In this document: piece by piece, positions 39,420 to 50,500 of the stretch | Layout of the letters: every line of letters begins with the position of its first letter | Numbering within the stretch: position 1 is the stretch's first letter | From: Raja brachyura | Taxonomy: Eukaryota | NCBI GenBank assembly: GCA_963514005.1 | Contig: OY740813.1 | Location: forward strand, 9,238,001-9,302,000 | Length of the DNA: 64,000 bases | Direction: 5' to 3' | Translations under genes and position numbers: made by a program | The notes under the pieces: model-generated | The model's input: only the letters and a program-made list of their open reading frames with translations | Told to the model about the DNA's origin: nothing | The model's database searches: none

Positions 39420-40555
39420 TGTGGATGTTGTCCAGCGGGATTTCAGCAAGGCCTTTGACAAAGTCCCACATGGTAGGCATGTCTGGAAAGATACGTTGCT
39501 TAGGATCTAGAGAGGGGTACCCAAGTGTATACGTAATGGCTTAATAATAGGAAGCGGAGGATTATGGTGGAAGGTTTCATAATGGGGACTTGTGATTAGT
39601 GCCATCCTACAGGGATTGATGCTGGGCCCATGGCTGGTCTTCATTTATTTAAATGATTTGGATGCGAAAATACAAGGCATGGTTAGGTCTGCAGATATTG
39701 TAGATAGTGAAGATGTCAAAAATCACAGTAAAATCTTGGTCAGCTAGGTAAGGGGGCCAAGGAATGGCAAATGGTGTTCAATTCTGACGTGTGAAATATT
39801 ACATTTTGGGAAGTCAAAGCAGGGTAGGACTTTCACAGTGAATGGTAAGGCCCTGGGGAATGTTGTTGAACAAGAAGGATCTAGGAGCACAATTACAGTT
39901 TCTTCAAAGTGGTGACATAGGTGGACAAGGTGGTTAAAATAGAATTTGACTACACACTGGTCTTCATCAGTAAATACATTCAGTATAGCAGTCGGGATGT
40001 TATACTGTATCTGTAAAGATGTAGGTGAGACCACACTTGGGACTACTGTGTACAGTTTGGCTACCTTGCTATGGGGAAACACATAATTGCAAAGTTACTC
40101 TTTGCAATCTTTGGAAATAATATTACTGGGACTTGAGGGCCTGAGTGATAGGGAGAGTATCAGACTAGGACTGTATTCCTTGTCGAGTGTAGGAGACGAA
40201 GGGGTAACCTCAGACATGTATTAAAACATGAGGGACGCAGATTAGGGGAATGCATGTCTTTTTCCCAGATTTCCCAGTAGATTCAAAAACTAGTGGACAA
40301 AGGTTTATGGTGAGAAGGAAAAGATTAAAAAAAGACCCGAGGGGCAACATGAGGGCTCAAACAAGCTCCCAGAGAAAATGGTTGAAGCTGGTACAATAAC
40401 AACATTTTTAATACATTTGGACAGGTACATAGGTGGGGAAGGTTCAGAGAGACGTGGGTCCAAAGCAGGCAAATGAAACTAGGTTAAATGAGCAAATCAG
40501 TTGATGTGGATGAGTTGGGCCTAAGGGCATGTTTCCTTAATGTGTTACTCTGACT
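39420..40555 (+). mobile_element. CR1-type LINE, degraded 3' half, in the TSC1-GTF3C5 intergenic space
   Basis: DFSKAFDKVPH-like coding (gatttcagcaaggcctttgacaaagtcccacat), WQMVFN..CEILHFG remnant and a CR1-like 3' terminus. Confidence 0.85.
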
Positions 40556-40749
40556 TCATGTTGTGAGTACATTTAAATATCCCTTCTGTTATTCACAAGA
40601 GTATGAACAAGTAAACGTAAGAAACTCTTCCTTTGAAAGCAAGGTCGCTCACACCTAGATCTTGGAAAGAAAAGTGGTGGACAAGAATTGGACACAACAG
40701 ACTCCCAGTACTGTTGTGACAGAAGAGCCATTAAAAAAAAAAATAGGAT

Positions 40750-40945
40750 AGACATAAAATGTTCAGTGGGTCTGGCAGCATCTCTGAAGAAAAGGTATGG
40801 GTGACGTTTCGGGTCCAGACCCTTGTTCTGACTCCAGAGATACTGCCTGTCCCGCTGAGTTACTCCAGCATGTTGTGTCTATCTTGGGTGTAAACCAGTA
40901 TCTGCAGTTCCTTCCTACACATTTGCAGTTCCTTCCTACACATTT
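40750..40945. mobile_element. Penelope-derived fold-back with duplicated tail
   Basis: Consensus arms; the tail gcagttccttcctacacattt is present twice. Confidence 0.72.
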
Positions 40946-41115
40946 AAACAGGTGTCAGTGCCTCTCCCATTGAAAAATCATGTAATCTTAAAGAAAAATA
41001 GAGAACATGAGTCAAACTCCTGACCATGTCATATGTATCCTTCACTCACTATTATTACTAGGAGGGGGAATTGGTTGTCATCACATTGCTGTTTACATAG
41101 TTTAATAATTATAGT

Positions 41116-41251
41116 GTTTAAAGAAGGAACTGAAGATGCGGGAAACTCGAGGGTTTACACAAAATGCTGGAGAAAACTCAGCGGGCGCAGCAGCATCTAT
41201 GGAGCGAAGGAGATAGGCGACGTTTCGGGCCGAAACCCTTCTTCAGACAAC
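41116..41251 (-). mobile_element. Penelope terminal-repeat fragment just upstream of GTF3C5
   Basis: Same young subfamily as the 50021 and 62753 copies; direct repeat AATTATAGT at 41107-41115 and 41252-41260. Confidence 0.78.
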
Positions 41252-41359
41252 AATTATAGTACTTGAATATAACTTAATGTTAAGCGGAACCAACATCGTG
41301 ACCGTATGTTCCCCCTAGTTGTAGGCCGGACGTAGTTAGGTGTGGGCCCAGATGCTGCC

Positions 41360-41578
41360 ATGGCGGCCGTCATGGCGACGGTGCAAGTGGAGCCGGAGCC
41401 TGTGTTGAAGCCCACACCGGAGCAGGGCTCTGCTGCCAAGTTTGCCGGCTTGCAGACCACGGCGGTGAAAGTGCACTTTGACGCCGAGAAGCGTCTGGTG
41501 TGCGCCGAGTACCCGGGGGTGGTCCGCGACCCGCTGAAGATGCTGGAGACGCTGGGCGGAGAGGAGGGGGTCTCCCGG
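41360..41578 (+). CDS. GTF3C5: GTF3C5 exon 1
   Basis: gccATGG Kozak context, CpG-rich; ..RLVCAEYPGVVRDPLKMLETLGGEEGVSR|gtgagt. Confidence 0.93.
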
Positions 41579-44500
41579 GTGAGTCGGGGCGCTCCGGCCT
41601 TCTCCACTCAACCCCGGGAATGGCCTTAACCTCTCCCTCCAACCTGCGGGTTCTCCCCACATCAAGGAGGCGCAAAGAACTGCAGATGCTGCAATCTGAA
41701 GTTAAACACGGAGATCTGGAGCAACTTAGTGGGTCAGGCAGCATCTCTGGAGAAAAGGAATGGGTGACCCTTAGTTTAGTTTATTATTATCACGTGTAGA
41801 TTGATGTTGCATGTTAACCAATCACACACCAGCCAGCATCTCTAACTCCACCACACTGTAATACTTATACTAAGACTATTTCTCAGCACCGACAGTTTGA
41901 GCAGCCAGGATGTGTTGATAATTAACCATCCTTCATACTGTTAAGTTTTAGTACTGATTAAAGATGTGTTTGAATCATGTACTGAGTCTGGAAGTCATTT
42001 ACATCACGTGTACCAAGGTACAGTGAAAAGTCTTTTGTTGGTGCGTGTTATCCAGTCAAAGAAAAGTATATACATGGTAACAATCAAGCCGTCCACGGTG
42101 TACAAATAAAGGATAACGTGTACAACATTTAGTGCAAGATAAAGTCCAAATAACAATAATTCAAAGGTCTCCAATGAGGTAGATGGGAGATCAAAACTGT
42201 ACTCTAGCTGGTGTGAGGAGCTGCCTGATAACAGCTGGGAATAAACTGTCCCTGAATCTGGAGGTATGTGTTTTCAAACTTCGGTACTCTTGCCTGATGG
42301 GAGAGGGGAGAAGAGGGAGTGATCGGAGTGAGATTGGTCCTTGATTATGCTGGTGGCCTTGCCGAGGCAGCTTGAAGTGCAGTTGGAGTCCACAACGTTC
42401 TGCAATTTCTTGCGGTCTTGGATGGAGCTGTTCCCGAACCATGCTGTGATGCACCCTGATAAAATGCCTTCTGTGGCGCATCTATAGAAGAGAAAATGCT
42501 TTCTACATTGCATCTGGAGAAAATAAAATGCGTTCCATAATCTCCAGAGGTGCTGCCTGACCCGCTGAGTTATTCCATCACTTTGTATTCTACAAAAGAT
42601 TCCAGTATCTGTAGTTCCTTGTGTTTCCATTTTACTGTTTCACTTCTAAATCTTCTAAAAGTATGCCTACTGTGAAGAAGTTCTGCTCCACTCTCAGATC
42701 GAAAATCTGTAGAAGTTACCCGACCAAAAACATCACCTGTCCACGTCCTCCATAGATGATGTCTTACCCGCTGTTACGCTAGCATTTTGTGTTTTACAGG
42801 TGAAACGAGGTTGCCTTCACTTGCTGTGCTGAAATTAGTGACAAGGTTACTTGGCTCGCTGGTGGGGCTCTTCTCTTAGAGTTATGTTTGCCGTTCAAAT
42901 CGCATCCATTGATTTGAGTACAAAGATCTAGTCTGACTACTGGGAGAGTTGCATATTAGAAATTTAATTCCAGTTTTGTTTTTCTTTAATTGCTGGCCCA
43001 TTTGCCATCTCAAAGGAGCCCTAAATCATCCCACAGAACACAGAAGTGTATACATATTTGCTTAGGTTTGAGCAAATTGACATTGAGCAAAGCATCTGCT
43101 ACACTAAACCTTGTCCTCTGATTTTTCAAATAATCAATCTACTGAAGGGCCAACTGGTGTTTATGATAATAATTCTTTAAAATCTGTTTATTTTGGAATA
43201 GATTTACGCTGATCCGAGCAGGAGACTTGAACTGCACTTCCGTCCAAAGGATCCTTACTGCCACCCTGTGTGTGGTAACCGGTTCCCCTCAACCAGCATG
43301 CTACTCCGGGTCAAGAGGAAAAAGAAGAAAATCAGAGCAGAGGCACCTCCAAAGGAAGGAGAATGTGAAGAAGAGATTAAATATGAAATGGAAATTCTTG
43401 GCATTATCGGGACCACTTACAAATTTCAGGGTAACATATCGTTGGATTGTGTATAATTCAGCTGTTTGTCTCCAGAAGAAATGGGAAAATGAATTCAATT
43501 CATGTCATATTCAATTCAATTCAGCCAGTAATGTGCAGGAGTTTTGGAGAAGAGGAGGGAATGTGTCAGAGTTGGTTTTGGCATTATATTCGGTACAATG
43601 ATGGTGGGCTGAAGGACCTGTTCTTGTGCTGTGCTGTTACGGGTTCATTGCCTGGTGAGTCTCCTGATTGTGTCTTACAGGAATGTCTGATTTCCAGTTT
43701 CTCGCCATGCACAATGCATCAGCAGGCTCACAAATGTCCATGTACGACAAAGTTATTCTCCGCAAGCCTGAACACAAGGAGTTTTTTGATCAGGAGCTGC
43801 CGCTGTATATCCCTCCTCCAATATTTTCCCGTGTGGACAACCCTGTGGATTACTTCTATAGACCAGAGGTCCAGCACAGGTCAGTACGGTTGACATATGT
43901 GAAAGGGTATTGGCAGCATTGAACAGAAATGATGCTTTTGGTTCATTGGGTCTTATCAGTTTTAATGCTTCCATCTCCTTTAACCAACCTTAGCTCTACA
44001 GTCTCCTATTCATCATTTATTCTTACTTACCTTCGCTTCAAATCCATGCACTAGTAGGTTTTACTTTCTCACCATTCTTTAGGGAAGATTTTTCTTGAAC
44101 TTCAGAGTGCATTAATTATGACTACCCTTTATGAATTAGGCGCAGGACTAGCCCCTTGGGTTCTCAACCTGCTTTACAACTGACCTGTCTGTAATCTCAC
44201 TAAACATCCTCTTAATGGGGGGACCTTATTAAAATTTGCAGAATAGTGAAAGGCTTGGATAGAGTGGATGTGGAGAGGATGTTTCCACTAGTGGGAGAAT
44301 CTGGGACTAGAGGTCATGGCCTTCGAATTAATGGACGTTATCTTAGGAAGGAGATGAGTAGAATTTTCTTTAGTCAGAGGGACCAAAGAGTCAAGGCCCT
44401 CTGAGGTAAATAAATATTTCCTCCGTTGTCCAAAGAAGCAAGCTCTTACTGATAAACACAGACTTCTGATCCTATATTCTCTCACAAGGAGCAGCTTTCC

Positions 44501-47500
44501 CTTCACATCCACCCTGACAAGACCTCTCCGTATATATCTTTCAAAGATATAAAATTTCAAAGACAACTATCACTCTTCCAAATGTGTAGGAAAGAACTGC
44601 AGATGCTGGTTTAAATCAAAGATAGACACAAAATGCTGGAGTAACTCAGCAGGATTTCATAGCTTCGGGCCAGCGCCCTTCTGAGACCAGTCTGAAGGGT
44701 CTTGACCCGAAACGTCGCCCATTCCTTCTCTCCAGAGATACTGCCTGCCCCGCTGAGTTACTCCAGCATTTCATGTCCATATCACTCTTCAAAGCTCTAA
44801 GAATGAAGCCAAGTCCCATCAATTTATTTTCATCACCCCCTCCCCCCAAATTCCTACTTAATTGCAAGGTGCTTGTGATATCCCAAGGTTACAAAAAGTA
44901 TAACGATAATGCAGACTCACATTCTGTTAATAGATATCAATTATTTCACAAACTCTAAAATTACAAACTGATGTTGAGAAATTCCAGTTGCTTTTCCCAA
45001 TGATTGGTCGCAAATCCATTCTAATTGAATTTTTGATCTCTCATCCTACGAATGGTTTCATTCTTGGATTTGTGGCAGAGCAGTGGAAGATATATTGGGT
45101 GTGAGTTTTGAGAGCAAAAACTCATTGGCAATTATTTTGTCTGTTTCTCAGGGAAGGATATCAGCCTCCAAAACTGTCCAACGAGAATCTGATCGGTCTG
45201 GGGCGAGCGCGCCGTCCACACAACGCCATATTTGTGAACTTTGACGATGCCGAGGTCCCATCCCAGCCACTTGAAGCTGCTGTGCAGAACTGGAGCAAAT
45301 TTAACACTCAGGCAGCAGACCGGAAAGTTGAAGAAGAACTGAAAGGGGTGAGCAGTGCTGATGTTCATTTTTCAATTAAAAGTGCTCGAATGTTGCTTAT
45401 TTAGATCTATATTGGTGTTAACCTTTCAATAAACAGCAGATAAATCCTTCCTGGTGGGGTGGTAAATATTCTTAGTGGTGGAATTATTACATTGGTGTTT
45501 GTAAAACAAATTGGCTGCAGCAATTTCCCATATTACACGCTGTCAACACTTCTAAATGCTTTGTTGGTTGTAAAGTGATTTGAGATGTCATGAGTTTGTG
45601 AAAGACTGTCATCATTTTCAATTTTTTTTTGTAGTGCAGTGATACAGGATAAATAACAGAAACTGCCGGAAATATTCAACAGGTCAAGCTGTATCTGTGG
45701 AAAATGAAACATAATTAATATTTCAGAATATTAGAAGAGACTTAAACCTGAAACATAATTCTGTTTCCCTTTCCACGTACGTTACTGAACCTTCTGAGGG
45801 CTTCTAGTATTCGCTGTTTCAGTTTCGGGTATTTTTGATGGTGCAGCCCCGTGTTGATGGGCTATTTCCATCAACAAACAAAGTATTACACGTACATTGT
45901 TGTGAGTTGTGTGAGATGCGGCCTTGTACTTGTGAATGGTAGAACTTGGCATCTCATTGTGCAGATCTGTTATCTGTCTCCTCAGATCTTTGCAATCCGG
46001 CCCGTTTGGTCCAGAAATGCAGTTAAGTCAAATATTAATGTGCATCCAGAGAAGCTGAAGCTGCTGCTGCCTTTTGTAGCTTACTACATGGTGAGTCACA
46101 GAGGGTGCTCGACAAAGCATCATACAGCACACCATCAGGCCATTTCCGCCCACCTCATCCATGCCGACTGTTCATGATGTCCATCTATGGTAATCCCATT
46201 TGCCTGCATTAGGCCACTATCCTTCTATGCCTTTCCTATCCGCGTATATGCCTGCACCCATTTTAAACATTGTAATTGTATCTGCCTCCACCACCACTTC
46301 TTGGCAGATGTTTCAGATATTCACTGCCCTCTATGTGAAAAGCCTACCCCTCAGATGTCCTTTGGCGTGGGAGATTGCAACCTTCACCTGGTCCACTCTG
46401 TTTCGACTAATGCAATCAACCCGACGTGCACAAACAAATATATCAAATAGACCAAGTTGTCCTACAACTTTAGGCTGTGCAAGAAGAAGAAGATGTCCTT
46501 TAAATTTCTCCCCTTTCACCTTAAACCCATGTCCTCTAAATCTGAGCTTCTCTGCCCTGGAAAAAAAAGCAACAGATTGTCTATGCCCTTCACATTCTTA
46601 TAAACCTCTAAGGTCTACTCTCAACCTCCTACCTTACAATGTGTATAAAGCCAACGTATTCAATCTCTTATAACTACAACTCACCATTCTAAGCAACGTC
46701 CTGGTGAATCTCTTCTGCACACTTTCTATTGCTACCATATCCTCCATATCATATGGTGGCCAGAACTGTACACGGTGTACTTGTCTGACCAATACTTTGT
46801 ATAACAGCAACAAGTCCCCAGCCTATGAAGGCAAGCTCACCAAATGCCTTTTTCATCACCCTATTCACTCGTATCACCATTTTCATTTATGAACTTGCAC
46901 TCCAGTCTCTGTACGTTCATGCTCCTAAATCCATTGCCGTTTACTCGGTATGTCCCATGAGAGATTTGATCTTCCAAAATGCATTACCTCATGCTTTGTC
47001 CGCTCTTTTCCACAGCTTACAGGTCCCTGGCGAAGTCTCTGGGTGAGGTTCGGATATGACCCAAGGAAAGATCCCAAGGCAAAGATTTATCAGGTGTTGG
47101 ATTTCAGACTTCGTTGCAGCACCAAACATGGTAACTGATGGAAGGAGAAACTGATTACACTGTGCTTAAAAACAAAAAAATATGCATGTAATACAAGGAA
47201 AGGAATGTATGTAATTTCTATCTACATTTTCTCTTCTCTGTTCAGTTGATCTAGTGTAGTATTGGGGGACTGCTACACTGTCAGCTGCCATCTTTTATAT
47301 TAGATGCTAAGCTGAACTCCCATCTGGCCTTGCGGATGTGAGTGAACCTATGGCAACATCTTGAAGGAATATTGCGTCCAATTTGCGTGCAGCAGACTAC
47401 CAAAATGACAATGTGATAAAAAGCAACAGATCTTTTGTCCAATGTTTATTGAGGAATAAAGATGGCCTGGGCTGCTTGGGAAATATTTCATGTTCATAGA

Positions 47501-50500
47501 GTCAGATTTCAAACAATTTAAGATGGAAAATATTCTTCCTTAAATCTCCTATCTCTTGGAGTCTGAAGAAGAGCCCTGACCCAAAACGCTACCTATCCAT
47601 GTTTTCCAGAGGTGCTACTCCAGCAGTTTTCTGTTAACCAGCATCTGCAGTTCCTTGTGTCTACTCCTATCACTTGCCCTTTAACTTGTGCCTTTGTCAT
47701 GGATATCCCTGTTAAGTGAAAATATTTATCCGTATTTATCCATCAGTGTCTTCAATATTTTGTATATCTCAATCAGATAATTCCCTAGTTGTTGTCTCAT
47801 CAAACATAATTAACCCAGCCTGACCAGTCTCCTCGTAACTGCATTCATCCCTTCCAGGCAACGTCCTGGTGAAACAACTCATTCACTAGGATGTTTCCTG
47901 GAATGGATGAACGCAGTCACTGAAGTGATGTTGTGGGATCTTCTCTATTCAGCTGGAAGGACAGCCAAGTCCCTGATTTGACACCTTATTTGAAAACTGT
48001 ACCCCCTGTCGACGAGGCAGTCTCTTGGCATTGCTGGTCCCTCAGTAATCCTCCTCTGCTGGTGCAGCATTCCTGGGAATGTTTTGTGTTCAACTCCCTG
48101 CACAGCATTATTGCTCAGGAAAGACATTACATACCTGCTCCTGAATGGTACTGGTTTATTATTGTCACGCGTACCACGATACAATGAAAAGTTTTTGTTT
48201 TTGCCTGCTACTGAGTTAGATCGGATACAATCCAGTCATACAAAAGGATGGCATTAGAGCAAAGGAAAAGTGCAGAATATAGTTTTCAGCATTGTAGTGT
48301 TACAGTCACAAAAAGTCCATTGTCAGCGTTGAGGTGGGTTGGAAGATTTGTACTGCAACCCTAACTTATGGGAGAACCAAGCTGTCATCTGATACCAGAG
48401 GGAAAGTATCTGTTCCTGAGTCTACAAAAACCTATAAAGAACCAGTAAATGGAAATATCCCTGCGAAGCGTCAGTGAGGCAGGCACGTGCCGTCAGGGTA
48501 GGCAAGGTAGGCACTGCCTACCCTGACTAAAATTATAACATAGTAATAACTAAATGTAAATAATAAAGGCATGGGGAAATAATGCCTATTTTTAAAGGAC
48601 CGATCTCTTAGGTAGGCATAATTCTCCGTGCCTTTCATCCACAGCGCTTGTAACACGGGAAGCTCTGTGCAGCCCACGTGCCGTAAGCGCTGCCTAAAGC
48701 CGTCAGTTTCAAGCTGGGCTGAAGGCAGCAGAAATTCTGCCTTTGCTGCACTGCGCATGCGCATCAGTCTACTGCGCATGCGCAGCGCAAGTTTCTTGGC
48801 GGGGTTTTCAACTATGGTTTGGCGTGTACCAATGATGTGGTAAGTACATTTTGTGTTTATGTTTTTAATATCGTATTTCCCGGGGTGTGGGGGTGGGGGG
48901 AGTGTTCCTTTCACAGCATTTGGGGAGTCTGGCCTGGGGTAAAGTTGCGGGGAGGGCACAAATGTTATGAATGAGGGGTCGGGGGCATCCACTTGCGACG
49001 TTCCTTGCACGGAGGCATGGAATGCCACTGATCTGAGGCCGGGGGGGGCGGAGAGAGAGAAGTATCTCGGGCGGCTGAGCAGCCACCGGGCCGGACAGTG
49101 GAACCAGCCGCCACCTTAGCTCCTTCTGCCGGTCCCCGCTCACCTCTGGCAGTTCTCCGTCTAAAAACCTCTCTGCTGCCGCTTGCTGGCCTCACTCATG
49201 TCCTTAAATTCCGACAGCGCGATTGTGGTTACTCGGCTGTGGGAATTTAAGGATTTGCAGGAAGCCGCTGACATGAGCGAAGTCGGCGAACGGCAGGTGT
49301 TCTGACGAAGAGCACTGCCAAAGGTGAGCGGGCCGGCAGATGGCGCTGAAGTGGCGGCCAGTTCTACTGTCGGGTCCCGGTGGCCGCTCGTAGCTCCCCG
49401 AGCTGCTTCTATCCCCAGCTACAGTGCGCAGCTTCGCGCCCGGAGAGCTGCGGTAGCGGTGAGTGAGTTACTGGCAGTATCCCCAACACCCTCCTTCTCA
49501 ACACTTGTGCCCTCCCCACAACTTTACCCCATGGCACAGACTCTACACACGCTGTGAAAGGAACTGTTCCCCCAATTGGTCTAGGACTAGGAAGCCTTGG
49601 GCAAATTGAAATGTCACTGTTATTTGTTTAACAGAGAGAACAATCTGCGCATGCGCGTTTTTTTTTTTTTTTAAAGCGGACTGAGTGCCTACCCTGAGTA
49701 ATTACTAACGGCACGTGCCTGCAGTGAGGATACAGACATCATTGTATTTTACTTTACAGGTTATATGCCCTCTGACATGCCAGTGAAGGCAAAACGCAGC
49801 ACATTTAACTACAGCCTGCCCATTACCATCAGCAAGCCAGGTAAGATTCAGTAAGTGTATGTTTAATGTTGGACACTAAAAAACGTTCTAATTCAGCCTC
49901 CCCTGTACGAGTTATGATTTATGATGCCATGGATATTTGAGATCAACTTTGGTATAAAATATAAAATTTGACCTCCCCTAGCCAGTACAGAAATCCCAAA
50001 CTTGACAATAGTTGGAACCTAGGGTTACACAAAAAGCTGGAGAAACTCAGCAGGTGCAGCAGCATCTAAGGAGCGAAGGAGATAGGCGACGTTTCGTGTC
50101 GAGACCCTTCTTCAGACCAGTCTGAAGAAGGGTCTCGACCCGAAACGTCGCCTGTCTCCTTCGCTCCTTAGATGCTGCTGCACCCGCTGAGTTTCTCCAG
50201 CTTTTTGTGTAACCCTCGATTCTCCAGCATCTGCAGTTCCTTCTTTAACAAATAGTTGGAACCTGTCAGGTTTGGGTCGGGTAACTTGGAAGCAAGTTTT
50301 AGGTTTAGGTTTTTTATTGTCATGTACAATGAAAGTGTAAATGAGAATTGAAGTACAATGAAAAGCTTTGTTTTCCATTTTATTCAAACAGATCAGACAT
50401 ACAGTACCAAACAATTCAAACAATTAAATCTTGAGTACAGTAGATAGTGCAAAGGGGAAGATACAGTGTGCAGAACATAGTTCTCAGCATTTCAATGCAT

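Noticed and set aside
41254-41799. Several 95-124 aa alternative-frame ORFs over GTF3C5 exon 1
   Set aside because: Expected from high GC content; only the 41360 frame matches TFIIIC63.
48471-49557. 185-aa and other ORFs inside the hAT element as a possible transposase or cargo gene
   Set aside because: No DDE, BED or dimerisation motifs; the paired similar ORFs arise from the internal palindrome.
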